The position numbers were made by a program, and so were the translations under genes. Positions 9,226 to 18,972 of a DNA stretch of 64,000 nucleotides are shown piece by piece; positions within the stretch are counted from its first letter, which is position 1, and each line of letters begins with the position of its first letter. Where the stretch lies: NCBI GenBank assembly GCA_012026675.1, contig VEPA01000245.1:2093-66092 (forward strand), written 5' to 3'. The notes beneath the pieces were generated by a model. That model saw nothing but the letters and a program-made list of their open reading frames with translations, had not been told where the DNA came from and did not search any database. This stretch comes from Betaproteobacteria bacterium. GTDB lineage: Bacteria; Pseudomonadota; Gammaproteobacteria; Burkholderiales; Rhodocyclaceae.

Positions 9226-12213
9226 TCATTTGATCACGATAGCGATGGGCTCGTCGACACCGTGATCGCTGATGAACGGGCGCTGCTCGTTGTTCGACAG
9301 TTCCTTGACCCGCCGCGTGACATACCGCTTGAGGCCGGTGGGATAGACCAGATTGTCCTCCTTGTCCGCCGCCTTGCCGCGCAAGCCTTCGATCAGGGCC
9401 TTGGTGAAAAATCCATTTTCGTCGTCTTCCCCGGATACTTCCTTGCCGGTGGACGATGCAAAAATAATGACGCCCCGTTCATCGTCGATCCTGTTGATCA
9501 TGTCCGTCGCGCTGGCAGGCTTGCCCGCTGCCTGATTGGTGAGGGCGCCGGAATAGCAGGCGTCGAGGAAAAACATGGCGCGCCCGGGCAGGCTCTGCAA
9601 GGTGCCGACGATCTGATCTCCCGGCAGCCATTCGGCCGGTTTGCCCGCCATGGCGCCCGGCTTGAAGGGGATGAAGTAATAGGACGCGCCCTCGACAATG
9701 CCATGACCGGCAAGGAACAAGACGCCGGCGTCCTTATCCTTGACGCTGGCCTTGAGCCAGTTGAGGCCATCGATAATGCCCTCCCGCGTCGCCGTCTCGT
9801 CGATGAGCATCTTGAACTCGAGTTTGTTGTAAATCTTGCGTACGCCTGCCGGAGGGTTGGCGATGCGGGCCATTTGCGACTTGAAGGCATTGGCATCCTT
9901 GACGGGGCTCGCCAGCTCACTCGGCGCAGGATACTTGTTGACCGCGACCACCAGCATATAGAGCGTTTCGAAATCGGCCTTGTCCCTCGCCGGAGGCGTC
10001 TTGGCCGCGGTGGCACGGCTGACCTTGATGCTTACCGGATCCGACTTGGCGTTGCGATTCTCGGCGATCAGCAGAATCTCCGCGTCCTTGTCCGGCGGCA
10101 CGCGCACCTGTACTTCCTGGGCCGCGAGTTCGCCCTGCACCCCGCGCTGGGATGCAGGCTTGATGCTGCGGTCAAGCTTGCCATTGACACGGACCTTGAT
10201 GTCCTTGACCGGAGCATCCGGCGGCGAACGCACGGTGTAGCGCACTTTCACCATATCGCCGGCAGCTTCCACCTGATTGTCCGACTGCAGTTCGATGATG
10301 GGGGGCACGATTTCGACAAGCTTCGCCGGAGCAGCGGCGGCTGCCGCGGCGGCAACGGCCGGCTTTCTGGTGTCCGGCTTTGCCTTCGCCTGGACGGGTG
10401 GTTCGGCCTTCGCCGCTGCCAGGGCGGCGAGGTCTGCCTGCGCCTGGCGCCAGGCTTCTTTTTCATCCCCTGCGGCGAGCAATTTCTGGATCACATCCGG
10501 ACGATAGAGTCGATCACGGAAACGGCCGGCGCTGAAGAAATCGGCCGACTGATTGAACGCCCGGTTGAGATGCCAGCCGACCAGATTCTCGCCTCCAGCC
10601 GATGTATCGTAGTAACCGGAAGGCGTCCACACGATCCATCGTTCGCGGTCGGCGTGCACAAATAGCGCCAGCTGCTCGGCACCGTCATTGAGGCGCAACC
10701 AGCGGACACTGCCGTCGCCGAGGCCGGCGACTACCCAGCGGCCATCGGCGCTGATATTCACGGCCCAGGCCGCCGCCGGCACGCGGCGTTCCCAAAGTAC
10801 AACGCCATCGGTGCTGTACTGCCGCAGAAACCATTCGCTGCCGAGCACGAAACTGCGATCATCGGGTGCCACGGCCAGACTGCGGGCCACCTCGCCCGGC
10901 TTCACCTGCAGCAGGCGTCCGTTGAAGCGCGGCGTGGTCGAGTTTTTCCAGTCACTCGCATCGCCGCGAATTCGCGCAGCACTGGTTTTGGCCGGAGGTG
11001 GACCGCTTTTGAGGCTGCCTGCGCCCAGGTCGAAAATCATTCCCCCGTCCCTGGAGGAAAAGCGGAAGGCCACCACCTCCGCCGTCGGGTTGAGTTTGAA
11101 ACTATCTCCGGCATCACGGAAATCGGCGCTCTGTGCGGGACTTGCCGCCCGGGTTTTACCTTGCGGGTCAAACACCGCCCACGACGGCTCGGCCGAGGCC
11201 GCCGCACCGCTGCCATCCGGCAGGCTCGCCAGCGCCATCACGGTATTGCTGAACTGCCCGATTTCGCGTTTCGCACCGCGTCCATTCTGACCAAAAGCGA
11301 GCACCGGAAAACGGCCTCCGCTGACATGGCTGCCCGCCGCGAAAAGGGTGCTGCCATCGGCCGACCAGGCAACGCGTCCCAGATTGCCTCCTCTGAGTTC
11401 GATGGCATGAACCACGGCGAGGCTGCCCGCATCCAGCAAATCGACCCGCGCCTGATCCTGATAACCGACGGCGATCGTGCGCCCGTCAGGGGAGAAACTT
11501 AGGCCATAGGGCTTGCCGCCGGGTGCCTGTTTGCGCGCGATGCGTTCCATCCCCTTGGGTCCGAACCGGTAGATGCGGATGGCGCCATCGATGCTCGCCA
11601 CGGCGAGTCGGCCGTCGGCGGCAAATTCGGCGCCGAACACTGCTTCGTTGAATTCCGGATCGGCACCGACAAATTGCAGATTTCGGCGGAACACGCGCAA
11701 GCCCTGCTGGCGCAGGCCAATCGCCAGATACTGGTTGTCGCGCGACCATGCCAGTTGGGTGATCGGTGCTTCCATGCCGGTCAGGGTGCTCTTCGGTGGA
11801 ACGCTGGCGCTGGCGCGGTCGAACAGGTGCAATAGATGGCCGCCACCGCCATCGAAAGCCGAGTTGCCGCCCAAAGCCACCGTGCGCCCGTCCGGCGATA
11901 TGGCTGCGGCATAGACCGCGCCCAGGCTCTCGGCGCCGATCGGCGGGCGCAATACGGAGATGGCCTGGCCGCTGCGGGCGTCCCACAGCCGCGCTGTCTT
12001 GTCTTCGGAAGCGGTAACGATCCAGCGCCCGGACGCGTCGGCACTGATGCGCGAAATCAAGGCCAGATGACTGCCGGTCTCGATGCGCAGCACCGGATCC
12101 TTCTGCAGATTCGGCGCCGCCAGGGCAGCAAGCGCAGAGAAGCCCAGGACTGCGGCGCACAGCCCGCGGCGGACCGACACCGGCAGCAGGCGAAGCCCTG
12201 GATGCGCTTTCAT
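9226..12213 (-). CDS. Exported WD40-repeat protein with C-terminal caspase-like (peptidase C14) domain
   Basis: Signal-like N-terminus; WD motifs (TASEDKTARLWD, ASIDGAIRIY, GLGDGSVRW); catalytic dyad FLAGHG and FLDACYSG; NGFFTKALIEGL. Confidence 0.88.
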   Translation of the reverse strand: MKAHPGLRLLPVSVRRGLCAAVLGFSALAALAAPNLQKDPVLRIETGSHLALISRISADASGRWIVTASEDKTARLWDARSGQAISVLRPPIGAESLGAVYAAAISPDGRTVALGGNSAFDGGGGHLLHLFDRASASVPPKSTLTGMEAPITQLAWSRDNQYLAIGLRQQGLRVFRRNLQFVGADPEFNEAVFGAEFAADGRLAVASIDGAIRIYRFGPKGMERIARKQAPGGKPYGLSFSPDGRTIAVGYQDQARVDLLDAGSLAVVHAIELRGGNLGRVAWSADGSTLFAAGSHVSGGRFPVLAFGQNGRGAKREIGQFSNTVMALASLPDGSGAAASAEPSWAVFDPQGKTRAASPAQSADFRDAGDSFKLNPTAEVVAFRFSSRDGGMIFDLGAGSLKSGPPPAKTSAARIRGDASDWKNSTTPRFNGRLLQVKPGEVARSLAVAPDDRSFVLGSEWFLRQYSTDGVVLWERRVPAAAWAVNISADGRWVVAGLGDGSVRWLRLNDGAEQLALFVHADRERWIVWTPSGYYDTSAGGENLVGWHLNRAFNQSADFFSAGRFRDRLYRPDVIQKLLAAGDEKEAWRQAQADLAALAAAKAEPPVQAKAKPDTRKPAVAAAAAAAAPAKLVEIVPPIIELQSDNQVEAAGDMVKVRYTVRSPPDAPVKDIKVRVNGKLDRSIKPASQRGVQGELAAQEVQVRVPPDKDAEILLIAENRNAKSDPVSIKVSRATAAKTPPARDKADFETLYMLVVAVNKYPAPSELASPVKDANAFKSQMARIANPPAGVRKIYNKLEFKMLIDETATREGIIDGLNWLKASVKDKDAGVLFLAGHGIVEGASYYFIPFKPGAMAGKPAEWLPGDQIVGTLQSLPGRAMFFLDACYSGALTNQAAGKPASATDMINRIDDERGVIIFASSTGKEVSGEDDENGFFTKALIEGLRGKAADKEDNLVYPTGLKRYVTRRVKELSNNEQRPFISDHGVDEPIAIVIK

Positions 12214-12347
12214 CGAACCGGGACCTCAACGACCTGGTCGCCTTGGGCGACAACGGGAAAAGAGAGAAGCAAGCCAACAACGGCACGGAAACTCGACAGG
12301 CCGAAGCAGGGAGTCTTCATCGCGAAAGCCTCCAGAGCGGGAGCGTT

Positions 12348-12622
12348 TTATTCTACCCATTCCAGTCGCCCATTTTGGCGACTGAAAGAGAAAATCCCCG
12401 CTAACGTCATGGCCGGCCGACGCACCCTCGCCCGATCCGCGTCCTGCGTCAGTTCCTCGGGCAGGCACCCGACCGGCGGCCTCAGTTCGGCGAGGTTTGC
12501 GCCCGCGCCTTCGAAGCGCACCAGGTAAATGGCCAGGTCGGGATCGGCCTCGACGTGGCCGCGGTCGACCACCACGCCGCGCCGTCCCGGCGTTGCCAGC
12601 ACGGCATCGGCGGCGATATTCG
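12348..12622 (-). pseudogene. 5'-truncated NifZ-like remnant
   Basis: NIAADAVLATPGRRGVVVDRGHVEADPDLAIYLVRFEG..PPVGCLPEEL resembles the NifZ family (recalled motif IYLVxF..VGCxxEEL). The N-terminus is replaced by LysR antisense sequence. Confidence 0.5.
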
Positions 12623-13184
12623 AACTATTTGATGTTGCAATTCGCATGGGCAAGCCGCCGGATTCCAATCTGATTGCTCGACAACTGGCAAACCTAGTGT
12701 GCCATCTCTACGCATTGCCTCGCTATTTGGAGAAATTTGGCGAAACATCCCGTCCTGCCGATTTAGCACTGCATGAATGCTTGGGATTCAGAGCTTCAAA
12801 GGCCATCGTGTGGACGTTGAAAAAGGGCAGTGAGGCAGTGGGTGGAACGACGGAGGTCAGCGTCGGTGGTCGGTTTCAGCTCAATAGTATTGTTTTAATC
12901 CGGCGACTCGCTACGCTCGATCAGGGGATAGCCTTCTGCCAATTGAAATCGCAGCCGAAGACGTGGCGAAAGAAAGGCTGCGTCGAATTCCTCCTGTTTG
13001 GGAGGGGCCGCCCGCGCCCGTTTATGCGATGACCGAGACGCGGCTGTTACCGGCGAACACGCATGGGTTCATCGAATTCTTGCGCGAGCATTGGGGATCG
13101 TCTGCAATGTCACCAATAACCAGCCAGTTGATTCGTTCGACGATTGAGGATGTCAAAGACGGCTCATGGCCGACAGCCGCGTAA
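12622..13184 (+). pseudogene. LysR-family regulator remnant: substrate-binding domain only, frameshift near 12935
   Basis: FDVAIRMG..LIARQL..LYALPRYL..PADLALHECL..LNSI..GIA in one frame continues as LPIEIAAEDV..LRRI..PVYAMTETRLLP..FIEFLRE in another. No HTH and no start. Confidence 0.75.
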
Positions 13185-13190
13185 GAACCG

Positions 13191-13511
13191 CTACCCCGAC
13201 GCCTGCGTCAGCAATTCATCCAGGGCGTCCATGATGCGGCCGCCTTCGTGGCCTAGCGATGCCACATACTCGCCGAGCTTCTCGTTCGGAACGGAAACGA
13301 TTTCGAGCGGATGCAGGACCACCTGGTTCTTCTCGATCCGGAAGGTCGGGTTGAAGTGCGGATTGCCGATCTTGCCGAGCACGGACTTCTTGACCAGGGG
13401 CACGACGACCCGGCGGCGGTAGCTGTCGTACAGGGACGACTGGACCAGAACTACATAGGGAGTATCGTCCCGATGTTTCCCTGTATTGCGATGCACATCG
13501 AACTGAGCCAT
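13191..13511 (-). CDS. ccdB: CcdB-family toxin
   Basis: MAQFDVHRN..PYVVLVQS..RRVVVPL..IMDALDEL, typical of the CcdB family. Confidence 0.85.
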   Translation of the reverse strand: MAQFDVHRNTGKHRDDTPYVVLVQSSLYDSYRRRVVVPLVKKSVLGKIGNPHFNPTFRIEKNQVVLHPLEIVSVPNEKLGEYVASLGHEGGRIMDALDELLTQASG

Positions 13512-13520
13512 CGCGTCAGG

Positions 13521-13772
13521 TCACAGGGATGAATATTCGTCTGCGAATGAACCGTGTTTGGCGTTGAAGGCATTCCACATCGAGACGGTCGCCGCCACCG
13601 TGCTTGCCTTGGCAAGGCGTTGCTCTCGTTCGTGCTCGACATAGTCGGCCAGCAGCGACTCAACCACGCCGGAAAGATTGTCGGCCAGGCCGCGTACCTG
13701 AACCACCAAGTCTTCATTCAGGGTCAGATTTACCGGGCGCTTGCGGGCTTCGCTGTTAAATGTGGCTTTCAT
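13521..13772 (-). CDS. ccdA: CcdA-family antitoxin
   Basis: RKRPVNLTLNEDL..NLSGVVE..WNAFNAKHGSFADEYS; GGAGGAG RBS before ATG 13772. Confidence 0.87.
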   Translation of the reverse strand: MKATFNSEARKRPVNLTLNEDLVVQVRGLADNLSGVVESLLADYVEHEREQRLAKASTVAATVSMWNAFNAKHGSFADEYSSL

Positions 13773-13784
13773 AGTACTCCTCCT

Positions 13785-13803
13785 ATGCGCATTATATGCG
13801 CAT
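13785..13803. promoter_or_regulatory. Putative ccdAB autoregulatory operator
   Basis: Perfect dyad ATGCGCAT-TAT-ATGCGCAT just upstream of the ccdA RBS. Confidence 0.6.
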
Positions 13804-13894
13804 CGCGGCAAGGAATCCCACAAGAAGGCCGATGTTTGCTTCAACGGCAGCCATCTTGCCGCGACCGTTGTGCACCAGGTAGGCGCCGGACAAC

Positions 13895-14060
13895 TCAGGG
13901 ATCGGCGGCCTCCGCTTCGCTCACTGCGGATTCCCGCACCCGCAGCGGATTTCCTGCCAGGCAGTCGAAATGCACGTGGTAGACGACCCTCTGCGTGGCG
14001 GAGCGCTCGACATTGAGGGCCTTGCGCAAACAGATGGCCAATCGTAGGCTGTGATTTCAT
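13895..14060 (-). pseudogene. Possible degenerate HIT-family fragment
   Basis: One minus frame gives IGHLF; a second gives NVERSATQRVVYHVHFDCLAG, resembling the HIT motif NxGxxAGQxVxHxHxH. Confidence 0.3.
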
Positions 14061-14125
14061 GGGCCCGCAAACAGCCGACGGCCCGCCGGCACGTACCCCG
14101 CCGAAACCTCGACGCAGGAAAGCGC

Positions 14126-14773
14126 ATGAACCCGAACATCCCCGCCCGCTGGTATTTCGATATCGTCTCGCCCTTCGCCTATCTCCACCTCAAGCGCCTC
14201 GGCGAACTGCACCCGGCACTCGCACCTGAATTCGTCCCCGTCCTCTTCGCCGGCCTGCCCAAGCACTGGGAAAACAAGGGCCCGGCCGAACTGGCGCCGA
14301 AGCGCCTGCACACTTATCGCAGCTGTATCTGGACCGCGTCGCAACTGGGCATTCCCTTCCGCCTGCCGCCGCGCCATCCTTTCAATCCGCTGCACGCTCA
14401 GCGCCTGTTGGTCGCGCTCGGCGCCCCGCGCGCGGCAGTGGAGGCCGCCTACGATTTCGTCTGGGGCGAGGGCCGCGACCTCGCCGCGGAATGGCCTTTG
14501 TTCTGCGAGCGCGTTGGCATCAGCGAGACCCATGCCGCAACGCTGATCGCCGATCCCGCCGTCAAGCAGAAGCTGATGGACAACACCGCGCAGGCAGCGG
14601 CACAGGGCGTGTTCGGCGTGCCGACGCTGGAATTTCGCGGGCAGTGCTTCTGGGGCAGCGACGCCATCGCCTGGGCCAATGCCTACGTCGATCAGCCGCA
14701 GATGTTCGAGTCGGGCGAGATGCGGCGTGCCGCCGAAATCGAAATCGGCGCCGCGCGCAAGGAAGCGCGCTGA
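14126..14773 (+). CDS. 2-hydroxychromene-2-carboxylate isomerase / GST-kappa (DsbA-like) family
   Basis: WYFDIVSPFAY, HPFNPL, GVFGVPT, FWGSD motifs. Confidence 0.88.
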   Translation: MNPNIPARWYFDIVSPFAYLHLKRLGELHPALAPEFVPVLFAGLPKHWENKGPAELAPKRLHTYRSCIWTASQLGIPFRLPPRHPFNPLHAQRLLVALGAPRAAVEAAYDFVWGEGRDLAAEWPLFCERVGISETHAATLIADPAVKQKLMDNTAQAAAQGVFGVPTLEFRGQCFWGSDAIAWANAYVDQPQMFESGEMRRAAEIEIGAARKEAR

Positions 14774-14824
14774 TTGCGGACGAAGTTTCGATACCTGGCC
14801 CGACAGCATGAAGGAGACAAGACC

Positions 14825-15325
14825 ATGAACCGACTGATCCATCAGGCCGACCCCGACCTCGATCTCGTGTTCGAACGCGTGGTCGATATTCCACCGCATT
14901 TGATTTGGGCGGCATGGACCACCGAGGAACACATCAAGCATTGGTTCACGCCAGCGCCCTGGCGCACCATCGGCTGCACCATCGACCTGCGCCCCGGCGG
15001 CCTCTTCCACACCGTGATGGTCTCGCCGGAAGGGCAGGAATTTCCCAATAGCGGCTGCTACCTGGAAATCGTTCCCAACGAAAAGCTGGTATGGACCAAT
15101 GCCCTGCAACCGGGCTACCGCCCGGCCAGGCCGCCGGCGAATGCCAGCGTCGAATTCAGCTTTTCGGCGGTCATATCGCTCGAAGCGCAAGGCGCGGGAA
15201 CGCGCTACAGCGCGCTGGTGATCCACGCCGACGCCGACGCCTGCGCCAGGCACAAGGCCATGGGCTTTCACAAAGGCTGGGGCATCGCCCTCGACCAGCT
15301 CGTGGCCTACATGAAGACGCTTTAG
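14825..15325 (+). CDS. SRPBCC/AHSA1-like protein
   Basis: DLVFERVVDIP..WAAWT..DLRPGG..MGFHKGWG; AGGAGA RBS. Confidence 0.88.
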   Translation: MNRLIHQADPDLDLVFERVVDIPPHLIWAAWTTEEHIKHWFTPAPWRTIGCTIDLRPGGLFHTVMVSPEGQEFPNSGCYLEIVPNEKLVWTNALQPGYRPARPPANASVEFSFSAVISLEAQGAGTRYSALVIHADADACARHKAMGFHKGWGIALDQLVAYMKTL

Positions 15326-15334
15326 GCGCGCCGC

Positions 15335-15763
15335 ATGAAGCCCCGCATCAGCATGATCACCCTGGGTGTCGATGACCTGGAGCGCGCCCTGCGCTTCTAC
15401 CGCGACGGCCTCGGCCTGAAGACCGAGGGCATCATCGGCCAGCAGTTCGAACACGGCGCGGTCGTTTTCTTCGACCTGCAGGCCGGCCTGAAGCTTGCGT
15501 TGTGGCCGCGCCAGAGCCTTGCCCACGATTCGGGCATAGCACTGACTGCGTCCGGCGCCACCGAATTTGCGCTGGGGCACAACGTCGGTTCAAAGGCCGA
15601 GGTGGATGCGGTAATGCGGCAGGCGCGGGACGCCGGCGCAGTCATCGCCAAGCCAGCGCAGGATACCTTCTGGGGCGGCTACGCCGGCTATTTCCAGGAT
15701 CCCGACGGACATCTCTGGGAAGTCGTCTGGAACCCCCAGTTCCTGCCGCCCGACACCGAATAG
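15335..15763 (+). CDS. VOC/glyoxalase family protein
   Basis: ITLGVDDLERALRFY..FWGGYAGYFQDPDGHLWE. Confidence 0.9.
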   Translation: MKPRISMITLGVDDLERALRFYRDGLGLKTEGIIGQQFEHGAVVFFDLQAGLKLALWPRQSLAHDSGIALTASGATEFALGHNVGSKAEVDAVMRQARDAGAVIAKPAQDTFWGGYAGYFQDPDGHLWEVVWNPQFLPPDTE

Positions 15764-15826
15764 GCAGCGCCAGGCGCCGTCGCGCCGGCGCCGACTCTTG
15801 CGGCACCCGCCCGTTCGCGATCTGGA

Positions 15827-16261
15827 TCAGCCCAGAATCTCGGTGATGTGCTCGCGCTCACGCAACTCTTCCTCGAACTGTTCCATCTCGGGCCCCAGTG
15901 CGTCGCGCGCCGACACCATGCCGATCGGCCGCCCGTTTTCGACCACCGGCACGTGGCGGAAGCCCCGGTCGTACATGATGTGCAGGGCGTGGCCGAAGGG
16001 CATGTCCGGGCCGATCGTGGTCGGGCTGACGGTCATCACATCCGCCAGCGTGGTGCGCTTCGGATCCTTGCCGGCAGCGAGCACGCGGTAGAGCGCGTCG
16101 CGCTCGGTGAAGATGCCGACCAGGCGCGGTCCGCTGAGGACCATGATGGCGCCGACCTTGGCCTCGCGCATGGCGGCGGCGGCTTCGACCACCGACATGG
16201 TCGCGGACGCGGTCAGAATGCGCTGGTTTTTTACGAGCTGACGTACGGGTCTGTTGGGCAT
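15827..16261 (-). CDS. Tandem CBS-domain protein
   Basis: LVGIFTERD, VMT..P, FRHVPVV motifs; GAGGAG RBS. Confidence 0.9.
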   Translation of the reverse strand: MPNRPVRQLVKNQRILTASATMSVVEAAAAMREAKVGAIMVLSGPRLVGIFTERDALYRVLAAGKDPKRTTLADVMTVSPTTIGPDMPFGHALHIMYDRGFRHVPVVENGRPIGMVSARDALGPEMEQFEEELREREHITEILG

Positions 16262-16446
16262 GATGCTCTCCTCTGGATTAAGGGGGTGTTAAATCAAGAC
16301 GGGAAGTCGCGTTGCGCTATGGGAAGCACCTGTGGGAAGTACCTGTGCCGGCCTGCAGACCAGCAGCTTACCGTCGGCGCGGACGGCATCGAGTTCGATC
16401 TCGCCAGCTTCGATCTTCATATCGTCTGGATTCATGTCGCTTCCTT

Positions 16447-17421
16447 TCATTGCGGCGTCGGCTGCGGCTCGGGGGCGAGCAGGAAGTCGCGCACGACGCG
16501 AATCTGGTCTTCTGCGGCCAGCGAAGGCGCATGGCCGACGCCGGGAAACTCGGCTACGCAGAGGTTCGGCTTGCGCCGGCGCATTTCATCGACCACTTCG
16601 GCCGGTAGCACGTCCGACTCGGCGCCGCGCAGCACCAGCACCGGGCAGCGCACCTGCTCCCAGATGCTCCAGAGATCGATCCCGCGCAGGAATTCGGGTC
16701 CGATTGGCAATTCGGGATCGCGATGCACGCCCGTGCCGTGGCTGATGCCAGGGTCGTAGCGCAGGCGCAGGTCGCCATCCTCGGTCGCTTCCGCGGCATG
16801 GCGCGCCAGATGTTCCCACCAGTCCTCGTCGAGCGGACCAAAGGACGCACAGGCCCGGCGCACCCAGGCATCGACCTCGGTCGCAGAGGCGAAGCGCGTC
16901 TGCGCACCGCCGTGGCCCTTGAGGCGGATCAGCGAGTTCCAGGGGACGAAGGGACCGACATCGTTCATGACCAGGCGGCGGATCGGCGAGCCGCGCTTGG
17001 CGGCAAGCAGCATGCCGATCAGGCCGCCCATCGAGGTACCGACCCAGTCCACCCTGGTCGTCGGCGGCGGCCCGAGCAGGCGTGCCTGGAACTGGCCGAA
17101 CAATCCCTGGCGCACCGGAGTCGTCACGCGCGCGATCAGCGCCGCCGCGTCGCCGAGGTAGGTGGGGAAGCAATAGCCGGACTTGTCGTCCAGCCATTCG
17201 CTGTCGCCGCGGCCGACGACGTCCATGCAGATGACGCGGCAGTCGGCTTCCAGGGTCGCCGCGAGCCGGTCGAAATCGCGGCTGTTGCGGGACAGCCCAT
17301 GCACGCAGAGCACGGCATGGCGGCTTTCCGTGCTGCCCCACGCGCCGTAGGCGATGCGGTGGAAACCCTCGGGGCCGAGGCTGAGGAAGCTGTGGGAACT
17401 CATGACCATTGCGGGTTCCAC
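16447..17421 (-). CDS. Alpha/beta hydrolase
   Basis: CVHGLSRN, GTSMGG nucleophile elbow, SD, GHAP. Start uncertain (17421, 17409 or 17403). Confidence 0.87.
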   Translation of the reverse strand: MEPAMVMSSHSFLSLGPEGFHRIAYGAWGSTESRHAVLCVHGLSRNSRDFDRLAATLEADCRVICMDVVGRGDSEWLDDKSGYCFPTYLGDAAALIARVTTPVRQGLFGQFQARLLGPPPTTRVDWVGTSMGGLIGMLLAAKRGSPIRRLVMNDVGPFVPWNSLIRLKGHGGAQTRFASATEVDAWVRRACASFGPLDEDWWEHLARHAAEATEDGDLRLRYDPGISHGTGVHRDPELPIGPEFLRGIDLWSIWEQVRCPVLVLRGAESDVLPAEVVDEMRRRKPNLCVAEFPGVGHAPSLAAEDQIRVVRDFLLAPEPQPTPQ

Positions 17422-17697
17422 TCATGTGGTCGAGATGCGCGGCAAATCCGCTTCACGGACGACAAGTATCGGCCGCAATTGTTGCCGGATTACGACAAGC
17501 CATTCGCGTGCCATGCCGGGATCGACTCCGGCGGAACGGCCGCGGGAGGCCGCGGTTACTGGGCGCAGCCTGACAATTCAGGCCAGGTACGGGACCCGGA
17601 AAGAATACCTGTACGCACCAGAATGGCGAAACGGCATGGCTTCGCTGCGCCTGAATGGTGCGCCATCCGGCACGCAAAACCTATTTCCAAGACAGGA

Positions 17698-17868
17698 CTA
17701 TTGCTGTTTCTTCCCCACTGCGCCGGCGCGGGATTTCGCCGTGGTCTTGGTCTTCGGCTCAGCCCCGGGCGCCGACGACTGGTCACCGATGACGCTCTTG
17801 AGCGGGCAGATCTTGAAAGCGGGGCATTTCTTGCAGCCGGCGACGATGGCAATCGGGCAGATGGTCAT
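17698..17868 (-). CDS. Small Cys-rich hypothetical protein, 56 aa (below the ORF-track cutoff)
   Basis: MTICPIAIVAGCKKCPAFKICPLKSVIGD..; AAAGGA RBS; GC3-rich codons; TAG at 17698. Confidence 0.7.
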   Translation of the reverse strand: MTICPIAIVAGCKKCPAFKICPLKSVIGDQSSAPGAEPKTKTTAKSRAGAVGKKQQ

Positions 17869-17985
17869 GGTGATTCCTTTAAACAGGGCGAAGGTGCCGC
17901 AGTATGCGGGCGGCCAGCGTCCGCGAGTAGTCAGATTCGCCTAATGGCCTGACGACACCACGGCGACTTGCAACGGGCGACGGCA

Positions 17986-18618
17986 TCAGCGCTGCACCAG
18001 CGAAATACGACTTGTGGGCTGCGGCAGCTGCACCTTCAGCTGAGTCGCACGACGCCACAGCCGCGGCCACATTTCGTCCAGCGTATCGTTGAACAGGGCA
18101 TCGACATCGAGCGGCAACAGATGCCAGTCACCGCGATCGATTTCATCCTCCAGTTGGTCCGGCGCCCAACTGGAGAAGCCGATGAACACCCGAAGCTGGG
18201 TCTCCGGCGTCGGCGCGTCAAGCAGTTTCCGCAGGCTGCCGACATTACTGCTGAGGAACAGGTCGTCCGCCAAGGCAATCGATGCTTCCGGCGCAGTCGC
18301 TCTGCGCACCATGAAGACGATCTCTCCCGGCGCCACCGGGCCCCCGTAATGCAGGCGGTGCTGCGCTGCCTGTTTGAGATCGGGAAACACCCGGTCCAGC
18401 CCTGCGCCGAGGACGCGATTGACAATGACGCCGACCGTCGAATTGCTGCGTCCGTGCCGTGTCACCAATACAACAGACTGGCGGAACCGCGGATCAGCCA
18501 TGTCCTCGGCCGCAATTAGCAGCAGCGAACGGCCGTCCGCCACGTCCGCTGCAAACAGCGGCAAGGACTGGATGCAGCCGCACAGGGCGATCAGGAGAGC
18601 GAGGTACAGGCGGAACAT
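17986..18618 (-). CDS. YqgE/AlgH (DUF179) family protein with signal-like N-terminus
   Basis: LLIA..DPRFRQSVVL, YGGPV, FIGFSSWAPDQLEDEI..GDW. Confidence 0.85.
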   Translation of the reverse strand: MFRLYLALLIALCGCIQSLPLFAADVADGRSLLLIAAEDMADPRFRQSVVLVTRHGRSNSTVGVIVNRVLGAGLDRVFPDLKQAAQHRLHYGGPVAPGEIVFMVRRATAPEASIALADDLFLSSNVGSLRKLLDAPTPETQLRVFIGFSSWAPDQLEDEIDRGDWHLLPLDVDALFNDTLDEMWPRLWRRATQLKVQLPQPTSRISLVQR

Positions 18619-18972
18619 GGGCAAAGTATAGTCCGCGCTCCGGATGGCGCAATCCATGCGGCGGCTGACATGGCAGGCCTCAGGCTAACGGTACCGCGAC
18701 CGCCGCCGACATGCCGCGCCGGGCCGTCCAGCCGCGAATCTCGTGGCAGAGGCCCCGCAAGGCGCCGAACCGCGCTAACAAGAACGCCCGTTTCACGGTA
18801 TTTCAGGAATTGTCAGGAATTCTTTGGCGGGGTCACTTTGATAGCATATTCGCAGTGCCGAATGACCTTCGGATACAACACTCCCCCGAGCCCGTTGGCC
18901 ATCCCACCAAAAATCCTGTATTTCTGTCATGAAAATCATTAATATCCACTACCCGGAACAAATCGCCTTGTT

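Noticed and set aside
16289-16435. 48-aa minus-strand ORF (MNPDDMKIEAGEIELDAVRADGK..) with a GAAAGGA RBS
   Set aside because: No recognisable motif and the second half looks non-coding; possibly a remnant, but unsupported.
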